In this document: positions 43,001 through 50,901 of the stretch, piece after piece | Layout of the letters: every line of letters starts with the position of its first letter | Position numbering within the stretch: the stretch's first letter is position 1 | NCBI GenBank assembly: GCA_017536765.1 | Contig: JAFXGV010000048.1 | Span: 3,615 to 67,614, forward strand | From: Bacteroidaceae bacterium | GTDB lineage: Bacteria; Bacteroidota; Bacteroidia; Bacteroidales; Bacteroidaceae | Reading direction: 5' to 3' | Length of the DNA stretch: 64,000 nt | Program-made: the position numbers and the translations under genes | Notes under the pieces: generated by a model | What the model saw: only the letters and a program-made list of their open reading frames with translations | What the model was told of the DNA's origin: nothing | Database searches by the model: none

Positions 43001-45761
43001 CGTCACTAACGCACTCTATGGTTACACCCCCAATAGAAAATGGAAGAGTTCGCTCTATGTGGGCCCGGTGGCTGCGCAAATCGTTAAACTCGAATCGAAG
43101 ATTGCACCCAACGTATTGACTTTTGAAGGAAGTACTGTAAAATTAAACAAGAAATATAACGACAAATTGCAAATTGGTTTACACGCAGCATACAACGCAA
43201 GCTATACATTCTATAAAGGTTTTGATATCTTTGCCGAAGTGGGCTTGAAAATGTTCAAAGATGCTATGATGCCCGGCGAAGATTTGCACTACAAACCCAT
43301 AAAGATGATGGATTTTAATCTTGGTATGAATTACAGATTAAAAGAGAAGACCGGTGTTGCAAACGAGGGTGATTTCTTCCGTCGCAATTACATCTTCAAT
43401 GGTGTGGGTATTCAATACACAAACACAGATGTTCCTTTGGTCGATGGTGTGGGCCCGCAATTTGCATTTGGTTATGGCCGCTGGCTATTGAAACGCACTG
43501 CCATCCAAGTGGCGCTTGGCTACTCTGCCGGAAACGGCCAGCAAAAGCTGGTGCACGCAACAAAAACCAATCCCAAATATTTGGCATTTGGCAATATGCA
43601 GTATGCCTTTATGCGTAGCGAGATTGTTAACAATGTTTACACTACAATAAATGACCGCAATGCTGTAAATAACGATTTTTCTGTAAATGTATTGGCCGGT
43701 ATTGAGTTGGGGCATCGTTGGAAATATCATTCTTTAGGCGGCCAGGTGGATAAAGGCTATACCGCCCCTACAATAGGCGTAAATTTGAAATATCACCCCA
43801 ATTCAAACTATGCATTATTCGTGGAGCCCCGCTTTGCATACATCGAAGGCCTGAGCCGCTATAATATAAACGTGGGTGTAGAGTATTCTATGGACAAAGA
43901 GACTCTTGCCAACAGGAACCATTCCACGAAATATGAGCCGCAGGTGGCTGTTGCTTTGAATGGGGGAGTAAACTACATTGTCAAGCGCACCGGTTACAAC
44001 GGCAAAAGCAATGCAAACACATCGTTTGGCGCATCTATTGAGTATCAGCCATACAAATTGTTTGGTGTACGTGCGTTGTTCGATTACTCAACAATCGGTT
44101 TCAATCACATTTACAAATACACTCAGAATGTTGATGGTGTGACGAATGAAAAGAAAGGGTTGTGGAACAAGACTTATCATATTGCATCACTCGGTATTGA
44201 TGGCAAATTCGATGTTACAAATGCACTTTATGGTTACAACCCCGATAGAAAGTGGAACAGTGCAATATATCTTGGTCCTGTGATATCTACCATCGTTAAA
44301 CTCGACTCCAAGATTAGTGCTGATGAAAAGTTCGAGGGCAAGGCAAGCATTAAAAAGAGATATAAAGATGGCGCCAACATAGGGTTGCACGCAGCATTTA
44401 ACACAAGCTATTATATAACACCTTTGTTCGGTATTTTTGGGGAAGTTGGTATTAGGGCATATAAAAACACATTTATCCTCGGTGAAGACCTCGACTATAA
44501 TCCCATTAAGATGCTTAACTTCAACCTTGGTGTAAGCTACAGAATGAAGAATAGCGGACTGGGCTCTAAAGAGAACGAGGCACCATACAACAGCTATTTC
44601 TTCAGTGGTGCAGGCCTGCAATACACAAACACCGACGTTCCTTTGGTCGACGGTGTGGGCCCGCAGGTGGCATTTGGTTACGGACGTTGGCTATCCAACC
44701 GCGTGGCATTGCAGATGACTCTCGGATATTCGGCCGGCAATTCACATCAGAGATATATTTCGGCCACCAAAACACATCCGAAATATATAGCATACGGCAA
44801 CACACAGTATATGTTTATGCGTGGCGAATTGGTAACAAACCTCTTCTCTACAATAAGCGATAAGGGAGCTGCATCAAATGATTTTTCCGTGAATCTTGCA
44901 ACCGGCCTCGAACTTGGCGGCCGTTGGAAATACGTGGCAGCCTCGAAGAGCCAGAACGATGGCAGCTATGTGGCACCCACAGTGGGCATAAACCTCAAAT
45001 ATCACCCCAACGAGAGCTATGCACTCTTTGTGGAGCCTCGTGCCGCATTCATCAAGGGGTTAGCGCGCTACAATGTGAATGTAGGTGTTGAATGTGCGAT
45101 GGATAAGGATGTATACAAGAAAGGCGGTTCCGATGAATTTGAGCCACAATACTCATTATCGGTAATGGGCGGAACGAACTATCTTATCAAACGCACAAGC
45201 TACAAGGGCAAGAAGAATGCCAACACATCATTTGGCATTGCAGCGGAGTATCAGCCTGTTAAATCCTTTGGCGTACGCGCATTGTTCGATTATTCGAGCT
45301 ACGGTTTCAACGACGTATGCAGATATACCGAAAGAACAGATGGTGCGTTACGCAATGATAAAGGCTTATGGAATTACAGCTACAAGATGCTCTCTTTGGC
45401 TGTAGATGCAAAATATGACCTCACAAACGCCATAAAGGGTTACGATGCCGACAGACGTTGGAGAAATGCCCTCTATGTAGGCCCTGTGTTCACAAAGATA
45501 ACCAAGCTCGATGCCGAAATTTCATCGGCCGAGAAGATAAAAGGCGGCAGCCTCGCAATAGGCAAGAAATATGACGATGGCCTGCATATAGGTTTGCACG
45601 CTGCATACAATACCACATACTCGCTCACACCATCGCTGAACCTGTTTGGCGAGGTGGGAGTGAAACTCTACAAGAACGAGTTGTTTATGAGCGAAAGCCT
45701 CGATTACAACCCTGTGAAAGCGTTCAGTTTCCAACTTGGTATAAGCTATAATATTAAATAA
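40041..45761 (+). CDS. 1906-aa exported protein of tandem beta-barrel-like modules (no named family)
   Basis: Signal peptide MINARIRQIILCCCMLFAVPYAATYA. Four tandem repeats share DG(V/L)GPxxxxGYGRW, DFS(V/L)N, NLKYH, F(V/I)EPR, GLWNY.Y, KFD(V/I)TNA, LYVGP, LDYNP(V/I)KM and a ...G(I/V)SY..K end. Alternating hydrophobic strands run throughout. Confidence 0.85.
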   Translation: MINARIRQIILCCCMLFAVPYAATYASDARIAVAGVPADSVKKSKNATGEGHYAAGYKGYNALKYSMQKRHRYPDRVKFSNTSILSHLYTGVLLSYDQIAKQKDLEFSSAVSYGLLVGKDISKTHSLSLQFLYGNTPLKRVKREQNAELTKMSAQLNHHFNFTRYYLGHDAYRIYEIASTLGVGYQSLELFNKKDNSSYFLVGLRNSFRIGPDAILLIEPHVAYASKSYDVSKIDYTSNKYNVSYGVSTALLYEFRNELAGVERAKDEFLFPRNYFFTGGGLQYLDTDVLLVDGVGPNFVFGYGRWIARHFAMQFSAGYTSGIWRNKEILPDIKKNIAGNTAYARSQQAFARAELLYNIYTTVKSRNAIKNDLSVNIFGGYEYGMLWKYYPTVKNQENCYYGGFTSGVNLKYHIDNSTALFFEPRITFISYNTPYNAPYDYVKVAEKYKRYSIAMGMELAADKQTVKTSKAEDGFTPEYSFSLFGGANYLIERTGYYGDNTGDYSFGLLIDHQPHRLYGYRVMADYSKYNLANVLNYNYTTGDKTTSSTGRWDYSYNILSVGLNLKFDITNAFFGHNASRRWRSALYVGPLASKIIGMDKSLAPHEPLPGDRVAKINKKYNDEINLGVYAGINYRYYMNRAWSVFAEGGMRVYKNEFIPHESLDYNPVKMMNFMAGVSYNHQSDINAIKSRYLFPRNYLFQGVGLQYVNSDVEFLDGLGPQLSLGYGRWLCRRLALQMSMNYASSNSSKKKQPANIKEGHPAYMGYGKTQSLALRGEVVYNFLTTIKDRNAIKNDFSLNAILGYEIGARWDYAALKDENMSGSYTGVTGALNFKYHIDDSYALFIEPRTTMSKYSKKYNKENGEVSYNHSLMAGIELPFDRGNFKFYKKEQNEFVPEYTFSVFAGVNHLFRKKSNEGYDDYDTNLGVAIGYQPHPLFGYRMMFNYAKYNFNDISQYTERLNGKTYSYQGLWNYKYHLLTLGADIKFDVTNALYGYTPNRKWKSSLYVGPVAAQIVKLESKIAPNVLTFEGSTVKLNKKYNDKLQIGLHAAYNASYTFYKGFDIFAEVGLKMFKDAMMPGEDLHYKPIKMMDFNLGMNYRLKEKTGVANEGDFFRRNYIFNGVGIQYTNTDVPLVDGVGPQFAFGYGRWLLKRTAIQVALGYSAGNGQQKLVHATKTNPKYLAFGNMQYAFMRSEIVNNVYTTINDRNAVNNDFSVNVLAGIELGHRWKYHSLGGQVDKGYTAPTIGVNLKYHPNSNYALFVEPRFAYIEGLSRYNINVGVEYSMDKETLANRNHSTKYEPQVAVALNGGVNYIVKRTGYNGKSNANTSFGASIEYQPYKLFGVRALFDYSTIGFNHIYKYTQNVDGVTNEKKGLWNKTYHIASLGIDGKFDVTNALYGYNPDRKWNSAIYLGPVISTIVKLDSKISADEKFEGKASIKKRYKDGANIGLHAAFNTSYYITPLFGIFGEVGIRAYKNTFILGEDLDYNPIKMLNFNLGVSYRMKNSGLGSKENEAPYNSYFFSGAGLQYTNTDVPLVDGVGPQVAFGYGRWLSNRVALQMTLGYSAGNSHQRYISATKTHPKYIAYGNTQYMFMRGELVTNLFSTISDKGAASNDFSVNLATGLELGGRWKYVAASKSQNDGSYVAPTVGINLKYHPNESYALFVEPRAAFIKGLARYNVNVGVECAMDKDVYKKGGSDEFEPQYSLSVMGGTNYLIKRTSYKGKKNANTSFGIAAEYQPVKSFGVRALFDYSSYGFNDVCRYTERTDGALRNDKGLWNYSYKMLSLAVDAKYDLTNAIKGYDADRRWRNALYVGPVFTKITKLDAEISSAEKIKGGSLAIGKKYDDGLHIGLHAAYNTTYSLTPSLNLFGEVGVKLYKNELFMSESLDYNPVKAFSFQLGISYNIK
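40842..42110 (+). repeat. intragenic repeat R1 (about 423 codons)
   Basis: Starts EFLFPRNYFFTGGGLQYLDTDVLLVDGVGPNFVFGYGRW. The GYGRW codons begin at 40944. Confidence 0.8.
42111..43370 (+). repeat. intragenic repeat R2 (about 419 codons)
   Basis: Starts RYLFPRNYLFQGVGLQYVNSDVEFLDGLGPQLSLGYGRW. The GYGRW codons begin at 42213 (offset 1269 nt from R1). Confidence 0.8.
43371..44580 (+). repeat. intragenic repeat R3 (about 402 codons)
   Basis: Starts DFFRRNYIFNGVGIQYTNTDVPLVDGVGPQFAFGYGRW. The GYGRW codons begin at 43470 (offset 1257 nt from R2). Confidence 0.8.
44581..45758 (+). repeat. intragenic repeat R4
   Basis: Starts APYNSYFFSGAGLQYTNTDVPLVDGVGPQVAFGYGRW. The GYGRW codons begin at 44676 (offset 1206 nt from R3). 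It runs to the stop codon. Confidence 0.8.
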
Positions 45762-45768
45762 GTTATAT

Positions 45769-47562
45769 ATGATAAAAAGAATTGTTATATCAATATTTGC
45801 AATTGTGGCGTTTGTTAACCCACACAATGCGGCAAATGCAATAAACATTATAAAAATGTGCAGGCAGGATAGCATTGCGCAAACAGCCGACAGCATCGCC
45901 ACCATAGAGGCTGTGGCAGCAGATAGCACGACTGTTGTTCTGGCGGCAGACAGTGCAAATCACACGCCCGAAGTAGCTGAAGAGAAGCCTGCTGTTATGG
46001 ACACGCTTGAAATATTAAACCCTTATATATTAGAGGTGAGAGGCAAACGCCGACACTTTATAACAGAAGCCCTGCCGGCTGATGAGTATAACACCTGCTA
46101 TAAATTCTACAAGGAACATTTGGAACAAGGTGAACTATTCATAGCTTATGATTCCTGGAGAAAGGTATTCTGCAGCAGCGAAGAGAGAAGCATCGCACTA
46201 TTCAATGATGGTGTGCCCATCATTATGGGCAAGTTTGCAAATGACACAGCTATGCAAGTATATGACAATATTAAAAAATATCGCGAGGAGGTTGAGGAAC
46301 TATATGAAATTGCAATAGAAAACATAGACAAGCTAAACGAACAGATTGATTACAGCCGTGGCGGTAAACCCATAACAACAGCCGAGTTGCGCTCGCAGCA
46401 ATTGTTCCACTACGACAATATGCTTGTGATAGACTCTATATTCAGCCACAATTACCACAATAACTACAACAACGACGAAGATAGAAAATATTGGACCGAG
46501 GCAATCTTCAAGGATAGCGCCGAGGTTTATAAGCATTATGCGTGGCTCAAGGAGATGATTTTCTCGGAGGATAAAATGAATATTAAACAGTTGGTGGATT
46601 TTTCGGTTATTCTCAATGCTAAAATGAACAACGACGTCAAACGTCTTAACCTTAAAGAGAATATCGAACTTGCGCGTTTCATTGCCGGCCAAATGCAGCC
46701 CGAAAAGGAGAGGTGCATTGAGAAGATGAACGAGTTGTATGACGATGTGAATTACGGCCCACATTCAAAAACTATGCACGCCAATTTGGCTGCGGCCGAA
46801 GAATTTGTTGTGGACGATCCCGTAAAGCTCGAGGCTATGTATCGCAAAACAATAGCCGAGGGTGGATACACACAGGAGATCCTAACAAAAATTCTAAACA
46901 GTGCTCAATTGAAGAATGCCGGCAGCCCGCTCTATTTGGAGGCTTTGGAACAAAAGTACCAAAAGGAGCCTACATACGCATTGGCATTGGCTTTGTCCGA
47001 TGGTTATTTGAAACTTGCCAACAAAGCGAAATCAAATAATGATAAGAAGGAAAAGGCTAATAAAGCACTCATATATTATCAGAAGATTTTTGATTTCCCC
47101 GAGTTCGAGGCAAAAAGCAATTACGATAAAGCACGTAGCTATGTGCAACTTGCCAAGTTGTTAATCTCGCCTAATCTTAATAAAAGAGCAGATGCTTATA
47201 AGAGTTGTGAAAAGGCAATAAGTTTGGCACCGGAATATCCTATGTCTTATTTTGTTATAGCTCAGATGGTAGCAGAATATCCATTGACAAACCGTGAACA
47301 GGTAGCTTTTTATGCACGTTTCATTGTGGCCTATGAATATAGCCAAAAGGCCATAGCAAAAATTGCAGAACTGAAAAACTCGGGTAGTGATGCTAAAATT
47401 GATATAGATGAAAACTTGTTGAGACAGACTTCAGCATCGTATAGAAAAAATTTCTTGCCAATAGATTTTGCATTCAACCGTGGTATAAAGGATGGTGACG
47501 ATTATACTTTACCTTTACCATTTCATAAATTCCCAATAAAATTGCGTATAGCAAATGAATAA
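45769..47562 (+). CDS. exported helical protein with a TPR-like C-terminal region
   Basis: Signal peptide MIKRIVISIFAIVAFVNPHNAANA. Mostly helical composition. TPR-like segment ALIYYQKIFDF...ARSYVQLAKLLI...AYKSCEKAISLAPEYPMSYF. Starts 7 nt after the giant gene's stop. Confidence 0.72.
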   Translation: MIKRIVISIFAIVAFVNPHNAANAINIIKMCRQDSIAQTADSIATIEAVAADSTTVVLAADSANHTPEVAEEKPAVMDTLEILNPYILEVRGKRRHFITEALPADEYNTCYKFYKEHLEQGELFIAYDSWRKVFCSSEERSIALFNDGVPIIMGKFANDTAMQVYDNIKKYREEVEELYEIAIENIDKLNEQIDYSRGGKPITTAELRSQQLFHYDNMLVIDSIFSHNYHNNYNNDEDRKYWTEAIFKDSAEVYKHYAWLKEMIFSEDKMNIKQLVDFSVILNAKMNNDVKRLNLKENIELARFIAGQMQPEKERCIEKMNELYDDVNYGPHSKTMHANLAAAEEFVVDDPVKLEAMYRKTIAEGGYTQEILTKILNSAQLKNAGSPLYLEALEQKYQKEPTYALALALSDGYLKLANKAKSNNDKKEKANKALIYYQKIFDFPEFEAKSNYDKARSYVQLAKLLISPNLNKRADAYKSCEKAISLAPEYPMSYFVIAQMVAEYPLTNREQVAFYARFIVAYEYSQKAIAKIAELKNSGSDAKIDIDENLLRQTSASYRKNFLPIDFAFNRGIKDGDDYTLPLPFHKFPIKLRIANE

Positions 47563-47567
47563 TTTAT

Positions 47568-47613
47568 AAGTACGACCAACGGCTTGCAAAATTGCAAGCC
47601 GTTGGTCGTACTT
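47568..47613. terminator. bidirectional terminator hairpin
   Basis: aagtacgaccaacggcttgc aaaatt gcaagccgttggtcgtactt forms a 20-bp perfect stem between convergent stops at 47562 (+) and 47617 (-). Confidence 0.75.
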
Positions 47614-47616
47614 ATA

Positions 47617-48189
47617 TCATTCTGCAAGCAGACTGTCGATGCAATTTACAAGGTTGCGGAACTCCTGTTCCTTGAACGAACGTGTGAGCATAACTATGCG
47701 GCCATCGGGGCCCACAAGCACGTTACGCGTGATGCCGGAGTTGCGCACTGCATACGATGAAAATACATTGCCCGCAGTATCCAAAGCCATAGGGTAGGTG
47801 GTTCCCACTTTTGCCGTGTATTCATCCACAACCTCTTTGCCCTCCTGCCTGTCGACACCTACAAGCACAAACAGCTCGTTGTCCTTGTGACGTTGCCATA
47901 TCTCCTTTTCTATATGCGGCATTTCGCGGCGGCACACCCCGCACCAGCTTGCAGTGAATTGCAGCATAACAAACTTGCCGCGCTGTTGCGACAACGTGAA
48001 TGTGGTGCCGTCGGTAAGCGGCAGGGTGAAGTCGGGGGCCGTGTCACCCACCTTTACAAGGTACTCGTTTTCGTACACAACAGGCTGTGATGCAATAGAA
48101 TCGGCTACAGTGGCACACTCGGTAGCGCTTTGCTTGTTGCCACAGGATATAAGGGTGGCAACAACAGCTGATAATAATAGGTATTTCAT
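47617..48189 (-). CDS. TlpA-family thiol:disulfide oxidoreductase lipoprotein
   Basis: Lipobox TLISC and the thioredoxin-fold motif FTASWCGVCRREMP. Confidence 0.88.
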   Translation of the reverse strand: MKYLLLSAVVATLISCGNKQSATECATVADSIASQPVVYENEYLVKVGDTAPDFTLPLTDGTTFTLSQQRGKFVMLQFTASWCGVCRREMPHIEKEIWQRHKDNELFVLVGVDRQEGKEVVDEYTAKVGTTYPMALDTAGNVFSSYAVRNSGITRNVLVGPDGRIVMLTRSFKEQEFRNLVNCIDSLLAE

Positions 48190-48225
48190 ATATGTGTTAT
48201 TTTTATTGCGAATATAGGCAGGGAA

Positions 48226-49155
48226 TCAATAATTTGCAAGTGCTGTGTTCACTGCCTGCATATATTTTTCCACCGTGTTCGATTTTACGATTGCTTTGCG
48301 ATAACGTTTTTCCATTTCGGGCAGCAGATATTCCCAATAGGGTTTCAGCTTGCCAAGCAGCTGGGTGTTGCCTTGCAAACGGGGTGACAATGCTTGGTAC
48401 AGAGCATCGTGCATAGCCTGTATGCGCACGCATAACTCTTTGTTTGACAAAGCATTGCCTTGTTTATATTCAAGCCCTAATGCAGGGTTGGCAAGCAAGC
48501 CTCGCCCTATCATTATGCCGTGGAGGGTGGGGAAGCGGGCCTCCATCTGCTCAATGTCGTGGAGTGTGAGAATATCGCCGTTATATATCAAAGGATGGCG
48601 ACAGTCGGCTGCAAATGCCGCGAATGCCTCTACATCGGCCGGTTGCTTGTACTGCTCGCATCCCAAACGGGGATGCATTGTAATGTGCGTGAGCGGTGCA
48701 TCGTTCAAAATGGTAAGCAATGCACGCCACTCGGATTTACATTCCCAACCTAAACGCATTTTCACCGAGAAACGCATTGAGGGATAATCATTTAACGCAC
48801 CCATAAGTTCTGCAACCATTTGAGGATGTGGCAAGATGCCTGCTCCGTGCTTCTTGCGTGCCTGCAAGGGGAAGGAGCATCCCATATTTATGTCAACCTC
48901 ACTGTAGCCCTCATTTTGCAACAAGGCCATCAGAGGGTGCATCTCCTGCGGCGTGGCTGCGATAATTTGAGGCACAAGGTGCTGCACCGTGTTGTTCTTG
49001 CGCTCCACATCGCGTATATCCTTGCTGCGTATCTCGTTGTGTTCGTAGCGTATAAATGGGGTAAAATAGCCGTCGATGCCACCGAATATGTTGCTGTGTA
49101 TGTTTCGCCACACAGCCTCGGTGAATCCTTGCAATGGCGCCGAATATATTTTCAT
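48226..49155 (-). CDS. tRNA-dihydrouridine synthase family protein
   Basis: MKIYSAPLQGFTE..., DINMGCSFP (catalytic Cys region) and a TIM-barrel Dus layout. 309 aa. Confidence 0.88.
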   Translation of the reverse strand: MKIYSAPLQGFTEAVWRNIHSNIFGGIDGYFTPFIRYEHNEIRSKDIRDVERKNNTVQHLVPQIIAATPQEMHPLMALLQNEGYSEVDINMGCSFPLQARKKHGAGILPHPQMVAELMGALNDYPSMRFSVKMRLGWECKSEWRALLTILNDAPLTHITMHPRLGCEQYKQPADVEAFAAFAADCRHPLIYNGDILTLHDIEQMEARFPTLHGIMIGRGLLANPALGLEYKQGNALSNKELCVRIQAMHDALYQALSPRLQGNTQLLGKLKPYWEYLLPEMEKRYRKAIVKSNTVEKYMQAVNTALANY

Positions 49156-49191
49156 CGTTTATTTCGTTTTTGGCGGTTATTTACGATAATT

Positions 49192-49225
49192 GAGATTTTT
49201 CCTCCCGTAGGTCGTCAAAATGACA
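49192..49225. repeat. degenerate REP-like half-element
   Basis: gagatttttcctcccgtaggtcgtcaaaatgaca shares the gagattt...aaatgaca ends with the elements at 5.6 and 19.0 kb. Confidence 0.35.
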
Positions 49226-49576
49226 AAATTGTGTAAATTGCTATATAATACCTTCGTTTTGTGTAAAGATAGTGATATTTGTTGTAATACTAAAATTGTA
49301 AAGTAATAGCGTAGAAATCTTCGATGTGATACCTTGTATAGGAAGAAGACATATTGCAGTTATCATTTTATCGTCAGTATCATATATGAAACCAATGTTG
49401 TAATTGTAGTCGGATTGCTGTAGTCGGGGCGCATCGGTTTTTTGGGTGGAAAACAAAAGGGAATACCTATTTATCGAAATGCTATTAAACATAATATTTA
49501 TTATCAACGAATAGTGGTATAAGATTGGGAAACGGAATTTTTGGTAATTTATACTTATAAATAAGGATTTTTTTAA

Positions 49577-49584
49577 TAAATTTG
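49577..49584 (+). promoter_or_regulatory. -7 box candidate (TAaaTTTG)
   Basis: taaatttg lies 28 nt upstream of the ATG at 49612. Confidence 0.35.
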
Positions 49585-49611
49585 CGGCTCGTAAACGAAA
49601 CAAAAAAAATT

Positions 49612-50811
49612 ATGCCTGAATTATCGGAAAGAGCTATACTTATGCCATCGTCGCCAATCAGGAAATTGGCACCTTATGCAAATGAGGCAAAAGCACGTGG
49701 CATTAAAGTTTATCATTTGAACATTGGACAGCCCGACTTGGATTCTCCCGAAGTTGCCATTGAGGCCATCAAAAAGATAGACCGCAAAATTCTTGAATAC
49801 AGTCCCAGCGATGGTTTCCTGTCATTGCGCGAAAAACTTGTGGGTTATTACGACCAGTACCAAATAAAACTGAAGGCCGACGATATCATCGTAACCACCG
49901 GTGGTTCCGAGGCTGTGCTTTTTGCATTTATGTCCTGCTTGAACCCGGGCGACGAAATTATTGTTCCCGAGCCTGCTTATGCCAACTATATGGCATTCGC
50001 AATATCGGCCGGTGCAGTCATAAGGCCCATACGTTCAACCATCGAGGAATCGTTTGCATTGCCTCCTATGGAGCGCTTTGAGGAACTTATAAACGAACGC
50101 ACACGCGGTATTCTTATATGCAACCCCAACAACCCCACGGGTTATCTTTATACACGCAGCGAGATGAACCGCATTCGCGACCTTGTGAAAAAACACGACC
50201 TATTCCTTTTCTCCGACGAGGTTTACCGCGAATTCATCTACACAGGCTCGCCCTATATTTCGGCCTGCCACCTGGAAGGAATTGAAGAAAATGTAGTGCT
50301 TATAGACTCTGTATCAAAGCGTTACTCCGAATGCGGCTTGCGTATCGGTGCCCTCATAACCAAGAACAAGACCTTGCGTGCAGCCGTTATGAAGTTTTGC
50401 CAGGCACGTTTGAGCCCCCCGCTTTTGGGCCAGATTGCTGCCGAAGCATCGCTCGATGCTCCCCGCTCATATGCAATAAACACATACGAGAAATATATAG
50501 AACGCCGCAACTGCCTCATTGACGAACTTAACAAACTTCCCGGGGTGTACTCCCCTATCCCTATGGGCGCATTCTACACCGTAGCCCGCCTGCCTATAGA
50601 CGACAGCGACAAGTTCTGCCAATGGTGCCTCACCGATTTTGAGTATGAAGGCGAGACTATTATGATGGCTCCGGCATCGGGCTTCTATTCAGATGAGGGT
50701 TATGGAAAGAACGAGGTGCGCATTGCCTATGCGATTGACAAAGCAGACTTAAAGCGTGCAATATTCATTTTGGGAAAAGCGCTTGAGCTGTATCCCGGCC
50801 GCACAGAATAA
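49612..50811 (+). CDS. PLP-dependent aminotransferase, class I (aspartate aminotransferase-like)
   Basis: PSSPIRKLAPYANEAKARGIKVYHLNIGQPD, NPNNPTG and SVSKRYSECGLRIG (PLP lysine). Start taken at ATG 49612 rather than the TTG at 49582. Confidence 0.92.
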   Translation: MPELSERAILMPSSPIRKLAPYANEAKARGIKVYHLNIGQPDLDSPEVAIEAIKKIDRKILEYSPSDGFLSLREKLVGYYDQYQIKLKADDIIVTTGGSEAVLFAFMSCLNPGDEIIVPEPAYANYMAFAISAGAVIRPIRSTIEESFALPPMERFEELINERTRGILICNPNNPTGYLYTRSEMNRIRDLVKKHDLFLFSDEVYREFIYTGSPYISACHLEGIEENVVLIDSVSKRYSECGLRIGALITKNKTLRAAVMKFCQARLSPPLLGQIAAEASLDAPRSYAINTYEKYIERRNCLIDELNKLPGVYSPIPMGAFYTVARLPIDDSDKFCQWCLTDFEYEGETIMMAPASGFYSDEGYGKNEVRIAYAIDKADLKRAIFILGKALELYPGRTE

Positions 50812-50846
50812 ATTTTCGTAAAATATACATTTAAGATACAAATATG

Positions 50847-50876
50847 GGGGAGTATTCCGTAAATGGAACACTCCCC
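50847..50876. terminator. imperfect hairpin between convergent transcription units
   Basis: ggggagt a ttcc gtaaat ggaa c actcccc forms an 11-bp stem with one mismatch, between the stops at 50811 (+) and 50902 (-). Confidence 0.4.
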
Positions 50877-50901
50877 TATCTGTATTATAAAGAACTATCT
50901 A

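Noticed and set aside
49220-49306. 28-codon Cys-containing ORF (MTKLCKLLYNTFVLCKDSDICCNTKIVK) in the AT-rich spacer
   Set aside because: It is very short, has no supporting context, and starts inside a degenerate REP-like element. It is most likely chance.
49241-49603. 120-aa minus-strand ORF in the 455-bp AT-rich dus/aminotransferase spacer
   Set aside because: It has I/N/F/Y-rich low-complexity composition typical of AT-rich non-coding DNA. It overlaps the candidate promoter of the aminotransferase gene and has no family features.
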